The notes below the pieces were generated by a model. The model saw nothing but the letters and a program-made list of their open reading frames with translations, did no database searches and was not told the DNA's origin. A stretch of 64,000 bases of DNA from Phoronis australis (Eukaryota > Animalia > Phoronida). Numbering within the stretch: the first letter of the stretch is position 1; every line of letters starts with the position of its first letter. The position numbers were made by a program, and so were the translations under genes. Positions 1-11,972 of the stretch are shown here, one piece after another. Where the stretch lies: assembly GCA_002633005.1 (NCBI GenBank), contig NMRA01000363.1, forward strand, positions 62,001-126,000, written 5' to 3'.

Positions 1-1946
1 AATTGGCAAGTCACTGCGCAAACCCGGACTGCGAGTCAGTGTGAAAGTCCAACACCGCGCGAGATCACTTGTCAATAATGGCTGTTTTCACATGTTCAGC
101 TAACATCTGAGTACCTGTGGCAGGTGGCATTTCAAAGTTTTGGGGTCCCTATTTGATAGGTACTCTCGTTAAAGCGACACTAAACCCACGCTGTCTGTCA
201 AAAATACAATGTCTCGTCACTTACCGTTATAAAATGGGACTTTTATTGTTCCTCACTTAATTTAGTAGCGATCTGTTGGTTCGGGCGAACTTAGAGTTTG
301 TTAGTTCTTCATACCAATCTCGTAAGATTTCAGGTCACATCTTCAGGTCTAGTCCTGGAGTAACTTCCAATTTGATTTAAGAACAATTGGAAACCAATTC
401 CAACTGAAATCATAACTCGTTTTTGACAGAAAGCTAGCCTAAGGGTTATGTGAAACTTGCAGGCTAATTCATTATTTCTGTGAGTGCCTGGCCAAACTCG
501 TAAGAAACACAAAATATAGCGATGATGTGAATATGAAGTAGGATGAACATTGTCAAATGTTTTTAAGAACGAGTTTTGTGGCGAAAATTGTTCGCCGCAA
601 ATCACTGAACGGTATCCAGTATGTATCGTGACGTGGTGATGCGGGCTATGTGACATAGCGGAGTTGCAGCACACATGTAGTCTGGAAAATGCAAAGACAT
701 GATATTTAATGACGCTTCAACCAACTTATTATTTAATCTTTTAAATTGTTTCTTCGATTAAGTAAAAGACTAGATTAACGTATTTATTTGGCTGTTCATT
801 GCAGTGCTAGGGATTAGTATGCTAATTTTGTTTATCAGGCTTTATCGAAAATTCCTATTCTGAAGAACAAACACCTGACGTCAGTTATGGTGCAGTGAAG
901 GGCATGACACTGGTTAAGCTCTGTTTCTCGATTTTAATTATTTCTGCGATAGCGTATCAGCCGACGGAGTTTAATAATCACACGCCCGGTGTGCTTTACA
1001 TGTATATCTCCCGGAATCCCGCGGAATTTAACCTCTCTATCAAATTAATAACTAATCCCGGGCCAAACACTGTCATCACGTCTCCCAATCCGTTAAAGCT
1101 GACCTATTGAAAACGTGGTGGTAATTGTTTGGCTTGACGTTTTTTTGTTCATATCGGTCTCCATATGAGGTGAGCGCGAATGGAGCACAGCTGAGAGTCT
1201 CCTGCGTGGAGAGTACTTTACAAACTTGGAATTGATTTGGAAGGTAAATACTTATTTTTAAAATGATTTGATGTATTCTTTGCAGGAATTTCGAGGGTGT
1301 TGTAAACAAGCATCGTTGCTCATAAATTTCAAATTTGTAGTATGGGGAAATTTTGGAATAATTTAACAATAAGCTTACGCGTGCTTCATTTCAGGGAAAA
1401 TTTAATATAGGGGGCGTTGTTTTAATATATTAGAGGCGAATGAATAGATAAACATAAAGGAATGGCGCATGGAACGTAAAATCTTTTGGATGTATCCTTT
1501 GGAATGAAAAGAATCGCATGCCGGGAGTGCTCATACTTTGGTCACTGCTGTCTGTTTGATATTAACGATGAGAAAAATAAAAATGCTCGAAAAGATAACT
1601 TCAAGCATAGACAAATTCATTTACAGGACCTACGTGCAAAAAATCGAAACAACGGTTAATGGCTATAGCGTTGTAATGACTTAGAGCCAGCGCAGACGCA
1701 GAGCTACTAGGTGAGCTGACTGCCTCATGGTGGTCTTGTTTTCACACCTTGGCGTGTGTTGTTAACTTTCACTTGAGGCGCTCTGTAGTGATCCTTAGAT
1801 AAATGGTTTACCAATAATGACTGCATGATTAAAAAATGTTTGACACTAACTACGCACGGTTGTGATGGCAACAGCGTCTGATTGCGTGGCGTTGAAAAAT
1901 TCACACTTACGTTTCAACCCGATGAAGGGAAACACGGTGCGCTTAA

Positions 1947-2485
1947 AGAGGCCTGGAACGTGATAAACAGACTAAATTGCAATATTGAAAGTGATACTCT
2001 GCCACTGAAACAGAATTCATACCGTTCACCAGGTATTTTTAGGGTTTGTTCTAAAGCATTTTTAATTTCTTTTGATATAAAAGCATTTTGTTTTAGTTTC
2101 AAATTGCAAAAAAACGATTTATCAACTGCTCGCCGCTTCGTCAATTTTTTTCCACAAGGCAATGCATATCTCCTTATTTGGTAGGGCAAGACATAAACGT
2201 AGCAAATTTCTCTCACCTGGAAAATGTGACCTTTGACCTCAAGCGACTTCAAGAAATTGACTGTGAGCGCATGCGCGTATTTTTCCTAAGTGGGAGGGAG
2301 ATAAGAAATTCTGTGGTATCCACAGCGTTTTTCCTTCGCGTTTATTTCAAAGATCGTGAATTTTGTGATTTCTTCTGGAAATTTCCTCACAGAGGAAAGT
2401 GAACTATTCTGTACTAGACGTTGCGTGATGGTATTTCCGTCAGGAATTGTTTATAAATTGACGAGCTTTCGCCTCCCGTGCCTCT
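1947..2485. mobile_element. Non-autonomous TTAA-flanked DNA transposon (Kolobok-type MITE)
   Basis: TTAA (1943-1946) AGAGGC ... GCCTCT TTAA (2486-2489). The body is homologous to ~20875-21344, which has the same GCCTCT-TTAA right end. Confidence 0.7.
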
Positions 2486-3731
2486 TTAAAGCTGCTATAG
2501 GCACACGTTCCGTCGAAAATCTAACGTTTGATTTAGACCAGTTATCACTATAAAACTAGTCTCATTTCGTTCTTCACGGGAAGGCATTACCAGCTGGCTT
2601 GAAAAATGAAAGATCGTTTTTATTTGAATCAGGTTCGGCGCATGAACCTGCCGCTGTGACATGCTAACTGGTGGCTTGGGCCTGGCTTCAGGTATTTGCC
2701 AGACCAGAAGTGACTTTTTATGCCTAAACAAAGAACACTTTGAGACAGACTAATTTAATACTGATGAAATGCTTAATGAGGGTACTAATATAGGCGTGTT
2801 AAGCGATGGGCAGGGGGGTCATTTGCCCTCGAATTAGGGCAAAAATAAGCAAATTCGGACAAAACAAGAACAAGAACAAATCGACCATATTGTGGTGACA
2901 GGCAGAAGTGAAACTGGTGGCGATCGGAGAGGATGAATTATGTGGCCAGTGTAGGTGTAATTCTCCTATGCTTACCATCGGGTAAAGTACCCGAACACCT
3001 AAATCCTAGTACTCCTATGGGTATTGATACTGTAGTTACTTCAACTTTTTGTATCACCTTAGCCTATGATTTTCTTGTTGATTTTTGCATAAAAATGAAA
3101 TTGGTTCGAAAAACACAAACGTTATCACATCAATTCAGCCTCTGTATCCCAAAACCGACATTGAAAAAACACTTTCAGCCGGATTTTGTCGGAATGCATG
3201 GTATCCAGTAGTAGAAAATGCGATGTGTAGATGCCACGCAAATAGTTTGGGGTCACGACCGCAGCGGGCACAGAGGCTGGAGGCGGACAGAGGACTAAAA
3301 TAAGCGACGAATTACAACGGTACAAAGCTTTCACAATTTTGGGACAAGGCAAAAAACAAGTATCATTAATAAAATCCAGATAGCATCTTAATTAGATGAC
3401 ATCTGTGTCCGCTACTCGCGACTGGGCTTTGACAGTCAGGGTAAGATTTTCAGTTCAAGACACAATCACTCGACACTGAAGTGGTTAGAAAATGAATCGT
3501 GATTTAACAAAAAAATTTAATTACCACTCTGGAATCATGACTGTCCGCAGACTGAGTAGGCTCCGAATCGGCTTCACTCGCCGAAGACGTCGGTGAGTCG
3601 GATGGTTGAGTTCGTACGGGTTCAAACACACGCAGTCAACCGATCGATATGACGACGTCTAAGACATTACATGTTTCTCCTATGGTCGTCTTCACCCCCA
3701 TCTCCATACCTGTCTTAGTAATACTCGTCAA

Positions 3732-3801
3732 CATGGTTGGCGCACCATAGGTGGCTGGGGGGTCTATAGCCTCCACTTTTTTCAGTGCTGCGCCGCCCAT
3801 G
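3732..3801. mobile_element. 70-bp CA..TG mini-MITE with 5-bp TSD GTCAA
   Basis: GTCAA|CATGGTTGGCGC ... GCGCCGCCCATG|GTCAA; imperfect TIR, GC-rich core. Confidence 0.6.
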
Positions 3802-3904
3802 GTCAAGCTCGTTCTCTAAGTCTTCGTAACTTACAAAATCAGTACTATCCGCCATTACATGTATACTGTCAACTGATCAACTTCTCCCACTGATGACATC
3901 ACGT

Positions 3905-4110
3905 GGCGGTAAACCAAAAAAATATTTCAGTTATTTTGCGCGGAGAAAATTTTTCGCCGTGGCGGAAAGGTTTTCTCCTTGGAAAATTTTTTTTCCGCGG
4001 AGCTCCGGCGAGAGTTTTTTTTTCCGTAGAGAAAGGTTTTCACGGCGGCGAAAATGTTTTCTCTGCGGCGGAAATATTTTATCCGCTGAGAAAAATGATT
4101 TTTTTCGTAA
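3905..4110. repeat. Degenerate palindromic minisatellite (~19-20-bp units like GGCGGAAAGGTTTTCTCC)
   Basis: Repeated CGGAGAAAATTTTTCGCCG / GGCGGAAAGGTTTTCTCC / CGGCGAAAATGTTTTCTCTGCG units. They explain the overlapping low-complexity ORFs at 3893-4207. Confidence 0.55.
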
Positions 4111-6063
4111 TGTTATTTTTCCAATATCAGTTTTGGTTATGGGGATGCGCTCAAGTTTAATGCTCCGCCGTATGTTTATCAACCCTTACGAAATCTTGTA
4201 CAAATGAATTGCCAGGGTTTTCATCTTAAGTGATGAGAAGGGAATTCACAACTAAATATACACTATTGCGTATTTGAAAAATCTCAGAAACAAAGTACTG
4301 ATCATAAAACTATGATGGCCTTATTCTTTCACTTGTTTGTTCATGATTTAAATACGGCTATTTGGAAGTTGCTGAGAACAATGGCAGCATTTTATAGATA
4401 GAGGACAAGAAAATGGTATAAATAACTCAAATTGTATTCACTGTAAAAACATTTTCCTGTGTTTTTCCGAAAGGAGCATAACGTCAAAAACTGTAGTTTG
4501 CATCAATACAGCTCAACAAGTTCTTTTAGATAACAGCACGTTCTAGTCTTTTACCTGACTTTAGACTGATGTGATAAAAATAGCAGTTTTGGATTTAAAG
4601 AGGTATTAATTTTTTCAGAAATTTGAAAGTACGTCTGACGTCAGCTGCAGTTTCGAGGTCGGCGAATTCCCCCAGTCAGGCCGCGGTAAGTATAATTAAA
4701 TTGCAGGCCCACAATGTGAACGCTTTTGCGTTATAAAGAAAGGTCGTCGCAGTGATTTGCCAGAAACGACGCATTGATCGGGTATTTTCAGTTCTTCTTT
4801 GTTACAGACTTAGGATAGGGGGTTATTCTGTGTGTTCGAGCGCATTATAGTTTATGTGCATGAATGTTTAATCGAACAATGATGTAGTTGGCTGTAGGTG
4901 ACCCGAGCATGTCTGTAAGTTTGGGACGGGAACTCTCGAGTTTGAAGTTGTGTTATCAGTCATCTCAAACACAGGGGTCATCAAGTGCGAACTTGGAGTA
5001 TAAACTTTCTTGGGCTAACCATAATATACAAGTGTTCCGGACGACCTCGGAACTTTTCGTAGCCGCAAGTTTTTCCTAGAAGCATCCAGAACACATCGGG
5101 TATTTTCGTAGCCTCAGATTTTCCCTTTGGGGTGGACGTTATCTGCGCATGTGCAGACTTAATCCTTATAGCACGTCATGTGGTTTTCATATGGAGAGTA
5201 ATTGGTGTTATGACTGTTGTTCAAACATTCCCAGAAAGTGTTCACTTCCATGGGGAAATTTGAGGCTAGGGTGTTACAAATGTCCTCGGTTGTGTTTCAT
5301 GTCTGTCTCTGAGTGAACTCCAGCAAAGAGATGTGGCCAAGAGAGAGATAAAAATCATGGCTTCACCCTGTGAGTAATATGAATAGGATATTCCTAGTTT
5401 CACCTCGGCAGAAGTGACGATATTCCCAGTCTTAAGTCTCCTTCTTGGTTTACTGTTACCCTGTAATCCTGTTATCACCAGGATGAGCGCGCGCATCAAT
5501 ATACAGAAGTTAGTTGCGTACTAAATCCAGGCAGAAAACGTCCCGAATCAAATGACGGCAAATAAACTCGTTAATCAGCGGCAAACCCGCCTATTGATCA
5601 AAACTGAAACCTTCAGTGACTGGTCAAGCTGAACGAGAAACCAAGAAGTCGAGCTACCTGACAACGGAATAGTTGCATGCTGCTGTTTAACGAGCAAAAA
5701 CACTTTTTATAAATGATAATCACTTTAATTTGGCTTAACGTTGTGAAAAGTAAGTGTCGATTATTGCTTATTTTTGTTAGTGCTTTGATCAATCAGAGAC
5801 AACGATTGGTAGAAAAACGTAGTCCGGTCATCACTGCTTACGATGCGCTTGAGGCTGGCACATTCGACGGCATTCGCCATTTTGCGAGTCAGGTGGTGTT
5901 TTGAATGAAATTTGCAAAAGTGCAGGTATGAAATAAAGAGAGATATAATCATAGCTCGTACTAAATTAGAACAAAAATGTCAAAACAATGCAGTCTTTGA
6001 CCTTGAACTTATAGATGCAGATAAGACCCCGTGCCAAAGCATTTCAAATTTGCTTTCAGTTTG

Positions 6064-7371
6064 ATGGCTCCACCACCAGATGGCGCAATTCTCCCCACTT
6101 CCGTCCGCGGAATGAAAGTGGATCAAAGACCACCTAAAGCCAAACCGGTTTACCATCGAGTTGACGATGGTGATACCGTTAATGCCGTCAACCACTTCGT
6201 TCTAGAAGCAGATGATAGCCGAGCAAAACACAAGCAAAACGTCATTCCGCGAACGTATCCACGCGCTGCAGGAAAGCAAAGTGAGACTACAAACATCACA
6301 CGCGGACGCAACGCTGGTAGGGAACTCGACTGTGAAAAACTGGTGCAAAAATATAAACGAGACATGAGAAAAAGCATTCATGAAATCAGCATTTCCCAAA
6401 GAGGTCTCATGGGATATTACGATTGCCTCCAGTATCAAAAAATTCGTCAAACAAAAGTACGAAATCTTGAGCCTGTTGTGCACAAAAAAATCATATTCAA
6501 AGAAAATATCTCACTTCCAGGGGAAAGACTCAGTTGCATAGGCAGCAACAGCACCAATGGGAACATCGACATCGAAAGACTGTCTGACACGCGGCAAGTT
6601 GACGACATGCTTAGACCTGCAAAAGAAGAAGTAGTATGCGAATTGATTGAAAAGAGGAAACCTGATATAACCTGTGGTAGGAAAATGTTGCCCACATCAC
6701 GTGAAGAAAGACTTAGCACCAATAATGAAGTATCCATTGATAATATGACTGAAAAAAAGCAATCTGAAGAAGGCAGTGACAAGAGAGCAGAAGTGGACGA
6801 AAAGATATTCACAATTGAACCGGAAAAAATGGCAAAGTATCGAGAACGTCAGGAGAAAATTCGCAAGAGGCGATCGCTAGAGTTTACATTAATAGATTTA
6901 GTGAAGATGAGAAACCTGTCAGACTATACGAAGCTATTCAGTACAGTCGATAAACTGGCTACGCAGCAACTGCTGGAAGTAAAGCGAACAAAGCGATCAT
7001 CAACCACTTCTATTGTTCCGGAAATAATGGTTTCAGGCGAAACCGTCCACGATCCCTGCCTTAACACACAATTAAAATCGCCTGGTAGGAAACAATTGAA
7101 CGTGCTTCCGGTTATCAAACGAAGCATTCATCGAAAAGATTCAAGTGGCAGTAGACGGTCTTCGTTCGAAGTTAAGGGACCCGTGTTTACGCAGGAGAAC
7201 GCCTCGTCATCTCACATTGAACTACTGAACACGTACCGAAAGAGATTGGCTAAGATAGACATCTATCGGACGGAAGACGAAGAGCAGCGCAGTTCCCGAA
7301 CAGAAAACGGTGAAATCCTGGACTTAAAGGAATGCAAATATTTGCGAGTCAGCACACCACATTTTAAATGA
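6064..7371 (+). CDS. Uncharacterised intronless hydrophilic protein (~435 aa) with C-terminal LKECKYLR motif
   Basis: 1.3-kb open frame in AT-rich DNA; in-frame stop at 6022-6024, first ATG at 6064. Candidate non-coding 5' exon donors at ~4686 (G|GTAAGT) and ~5750. No recognisable catalytic domain. Confidence 0.75.
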   Translation: MAPPPDGAILPTSVRGMKVDQRPPKAKPVYHRVDDGDTVNAVNHFVLEADDSRAKHKQNVIPRTYPRAAGKQSETTNITRGRNAGRELDCEKLVQKYKRDMRKSIHEISISQRGLMGYYDCLQYQKIRQTKVRNLEPVVHKKIIFKENISLPGERLSCIGSNSTNGNIDIERLSDTRQVDDMLRPAKEEVVCELIEKRKPDITCGRKMLPTSREERLSTNNEVSIDNMTEKKQSEEGSDKRAEVDEKIFTIEPEKMAKYRERQEKIRKRRSLEFTLIDLVKMRNLSDYTKLFSTVDKLATQQLLEVKRTKRSSTTSIVPEIMVSGETVHDPCLNTQLKSPGRKQLNVLPVIKRSIHRKDSSGSRRSSFEVKGPVFTQENASSSHIELLNTYRKRLAKIDIYRTEDEEQRSSRTENGEILDLKECKYLRVSTPHFK

Positions 7372-9721
7372 TCTATGCCTAATTTGACTTGGTTATGTGG
7401 AAGAGTTCAATGGACAACGAAATACCTGTCGAGATGTTTGATGGCCAGTCTTTGCTTATCCAAATATTTAGGAGGCAAATAAATTAACAGCACAGTCACG
7501 TAGCTACAATATCCCACTATTTAAGCAAAATCAATGATTGTAAAGTCGTGTGGTCTAGAGATAAAACATTCTGACAACTGGTGATGGTCTAGCTTGGTCG
7601 TTGTTAGTGACCACTGAGTGAACAATCGTAAAGACTGAGAACGTATCGTCTAAGCTAAAACGAACGACAACCGTAAAATTGCTCTTCAAACTTTTAAAAG
7701 CAAAGGGTTAGCTTACTATTGGAAAGAATCGAGGTACTCTCCTGTGTTAACAGGATTGTAGGTAACTTACCCTTTAAAAATTCTGCTCAACTCATAGTCA
7801 ACCCAACCAGGACAAACATTGTTAAGGTCAATAACAGTTTTATCAGAGCCCTGTCTAAGTTATAAGACGTCTGGGAGCTCTGAAAATCTGAGTTGATCAG
7901 CCTGCTCTCGGTTGCTACAATCTCCACCTCCTATTGCAGGCTACATGTACGTCTTACTTCTCAGTCGGTGTTCAATGACACAACTGTGACGGCTGCCTTC
8001 TGGAATTGGACTTGCCCACCACAAACGGTAGAGAACGTAGCAACGGGGTGGAAAAGAAAATGCCAAACGTAATTAGACCTTGGCCCTGAACAGGATTTAG
8101 AGGGTTTACTTTATGTAATTTGAACACAAAACTCTGTTGGAACACGCATCCACTTACGTTACAGCACAGGATGTGAAATCGCCTGCAGACCCCTTTAGGG
8201 AATAGGTTATTCGACATTTACCAGTTGATGCTAATGAAAACGACCCCTCTGAACAGAATGAGAGCACACATGTAGTCTAACAGCATGTGAACTTAAGATC
8301 CAAAACGTCATTAGTAACTAATTAGGGCTAAAAGCTCGCAAAACACGTCCTGAACGGAAACGATGCCAGTTTATGGGTAAACCGATCTTACCGAAAATAT
8401 CGCTTTTTGTAAGATGCACAAGCAAGTTTAGTTTGCACTTCATGCAGAGGAAGTATTTTCACCGTTCATCCATTTCCGAGTCAACATACTGGTCAAGATG
8501 TTAAATTTTACGGCAAGGAAATTCCTAGTTTTGACCGAAGAGAACTTAATACTTGGTACCAAATTAACAGCAAGATAAACCCTCTGAATGTCATGAATTT
8601 TTGCTGTCCACGTGGTCACACCACTACACTTGGCTAGCAAGATTGCAAACTGATTGAGGATAGTACGGCGAGGCTACTGGATAAAGACAAGAAACGAATG
8701 AAACTAGGGGATTTCTTGTGGCATATATTGTCGCACTCCAGATATATCGTCTCAGGGCGACAATATATGCCGACTGGGGAAATGCATGCCGTGAACATCG
8801 ACATATATTGTTGTCGGTCGACAATTTGTGTCAAGAGCGACAATATCGATCCAACACTTCCGTCAAATTATTATTACTTTGAGTAGTTAATTTTACAGCA
8901 TGAAGCCATCTAATCAATTTTGTTTCAGCCTGGCTGGAGGGCTGCTGAGTGTAACAACTTCAGGCAAGTACATGTAGCGCAGAAATGTTTTGATTCTATA
9001 AAAAGTCATACTGTAGGTTGTTTTATAGGTTAATGGTTAATAATGTATTCAGTTAAAGGCGTGGGCGTGCATTGTATGATTGGTATAATCAACTACAAGT
9101 TGTTGCTCATACAATGAAAGTAATTAAAGGTACAAGTCAGGGTAAGGTATTTACATTGTTGCATTGAAGTGCTCTCTGTGCAATAATTTTAGAATTCAAA
9201 TTTTTTAACAAAATACATGAACGACTGCTCGTTGAAACAAGTAGGAATGAACATTTACATTCCGAGCTAACTTGTCCTCATTAGATCTAGCAAATTGTGC
9301 TACAGAACATAAAATATAAGTGACAGTTTTTAACATTTATGGCCGCCAACGAGTTTTCAACACCCCGTTGGAAACCGTTGTTTTCACAAAATTCGTTCGA
9401 AAACAGCATTTGTGATAACTAGGTCGCACTGTTCGTGACCTCTGCAAACAAGGGAATTGAAGTATAATCTTCACTGGTTTGAATTGAAAAAAGACTTGCG
9501 CTCAAATATTGCCTTTCGGGTGATGGGCTGTGTACCATCAACATAGGCAAACTTCAAACTTCAATGAACACCGAAAAATCTTTACCAAACTCTCCAATAT
9601 TCAGCATAATGAATCTACAAGCCAATCTTTTTCTCACTAGCTATCGGCAAATTGCAAAGTTGTCTCCCCTAGATCAAAATTTTTCGGAAACCGCCTTCTT
9701 GTGTGTATTTCTGCGGGGGAA

Positions 9722-10234
9722 TAGACTCTATTCACGCGGCGGACATTAAAATCCAAAGCGAGGCTCACTGCGATAAACAAAGCGGAAATTTACATTGCGT
9801 GAGTTAAATGGCCGGTCTTTGGAGTCCAACCTGAATATTAAATCTTAAAAAATGTGTCAATAATTAACCCCAGAGATGTAGAAAAATACAGTTAAAGAAC
9901 AAGTCAATGCATCAAAGAGTTGTCTGACGAAAGGATATAAGTTTTTATTCCGGAAACTAGGTTCGAAACATGAAAAGTAAACATGATCAAATTGCGGCGA
10001 TCGTAGTGTTACGGATTAGGTATCATGCTGAATGCAGGGTTACGTTTCTTCTAATAAATTCTTGATAAAAATGCTTTCTACACGAACATCGTCCTTAGGG
10101 ATTGTAAAACAGAGTGTCCGTATTTTTTCTAGCTGTTCGAGCAACGCGGAGTACAATTACGCGGATAAGCCACCAGAGCTATCGTAGCGAGCCTCGTTTT
10201 GGAACGCGCCTCCTGTCGGCGTGAATAGGGTCTA
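9722..10234. mobile_element. MITE with TAGAC.CTATTCACGC TIRs (short form of the 30307-31635 element)
   Basis: TAGACTCTATTCACGCGGCGGA ... TCCTGTCGGCGTGAATAGGGTCTA. Both ends match the ends of 30307-31635 in reverse orientation. Confidence 0.8.
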
Positions 10235-11972
10235 TAGTTAGCTGCTTGATGTGCATGCGCACTGCCTATGTCAGATATTGTCTGGCGTTGCGTAGGTGGA
10301 GAGCCCGGGCCCCCTGCCCCTCCCTAAATCTGCCATTGCGATAAAACAAAAACTTTATTTAAAAACGTCAACGATTATAAGGATTTTATTTTTTAAAGTT
10401 GGATAACGATCACCATCTAATACGTTTTAGCACCTGTTTTACAAAACGAGTAGGGGAACGATTTCCAACTGTTTTATGTGCCGCTCACACACAAACCTTC
10501 TGGAACGAGTTGTCGCTAGGTTTAAGGGCTGTATGGATGCTATTTCAACTAGCGCAACTTGCCCCTCTTGTAACAGCTTATTGCACTTTATCGAGGTAGG
10601 GTAACTTGTTCTAGGGTATTTTGCGCCACGTTTAATCGGTGTGCGACCGCAAACGTGGGGCAAGGTGAATATAATTATCAGCTGCGGTTACATAACAGAC
10701 AAGTCTTTTTTGTGCCCCGTATTCGCATCAGATGTTGATTGTCATGCGTAGAGCGATAATTAACTTCCGCTTGTACCTGTCATCGGATGTGTGTGTGTGT
10801 CGACCCGGCATCCACTTAAAAGTGCGGTAAGCTTCACTAGTGCGTGATGCTTTTGGGTACATGTAGGCTATGCTTGCGGACTGAACTTATAACCTGTAGA
10901 TTTGTTGAAACTCTGCACATCAATTTCTGTCACTGATTTTAATAACGGACATCAGACTCTGATCTGACAACATCCTGAAACCAAGTTATTGAGAATGACT
11001 TTAGAGTAATGTTTTTCAGACTAACACAAGTTCAGCGGATTGTTAAATAAGCACAGTCATAATGATTTACAGTGTGCTCTCAACATGGATAACGTTCCGC
11101 CCATAATTAATAGGGCAGTTTATCCGCAAACTGCTTAATTCTCTCCGTCGCAGCCAACTGGCCATTTACATACCTATCACATGATATTTCGGTTGTTTGG
11201 AGACGGTCGCTTTAAAGTATAATGTGCACCAGTAAATATACCAGTAGTCAAAAATAAGTCATTCTTATCAAAAATTGCCGCATTTTACAACCAAGGAGGG
11301 CACCCAGGTATAAACCATTTGCTTGGTGTCATTTTAACCCTGATCAAACAAAACGTGGTTTTAGACTGTTAAACCTCCACCTTGCCGCTTGTTAGCTGTA
11401 ACATAATAAGGCGATCAAAACTAATAAGTAAACATGTCGACACAACGCCGTTCTTGAACGGTTCATTGATTTTGGCAATGACGACATGCACAAAAAAGCT
11501 GCTGATTCGTCTTCACAATAGGATGATGGCCAGCCTGTCTCCGTTAACAAAGACAGATTCGCTCAGATAACGCTCATTGAGAGTCAATGTTCTATTGATA
11601 GAGTGCGACCTACACTCCTTTGTTCAGTAGAGGCCACACTCACAAGGGATACAAGTTCCATGTATGTTGCGTGGCGATTTCTCGCAAAAACCTAGGAACC
11701 ACTGGTTCCTAGCAAAAACTGATATTGTGTCTTTCGCAAGAAACTTCATCTACAGAGCCGTCAAAGTGCAAGTGTCAGGCCACATGCAAATGTAGCTCTG
11801 TTTTTTTGTTTGTCGCTAAAATTCATATTTGCTAGTGAAGTACGTACCTGACACGGTCGTAGAAATTCAACGTACGGGATAACAGGCGGCAGCAGAGAGT
11901 GCATGTTTCACCACAGACGGTCGATCTTGAACAGTGTTGGTTGAGCAGTAAATAGTCGTGTTCAGTATCGAT

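Noticed and set aside
1-3660. Possible 5' portion of a minus-strand gene leaving the window (donor-like sites at ~224 and ~3525)
   Set aside because: No recognisable coding sequence; splice-like motifs alone are insufficient.
9124-9541. Possible TTAA-AGGTACA ... TGTACC Kolobok-type MITE
   Set aside because: Right end and TSD are too degenerate to call.
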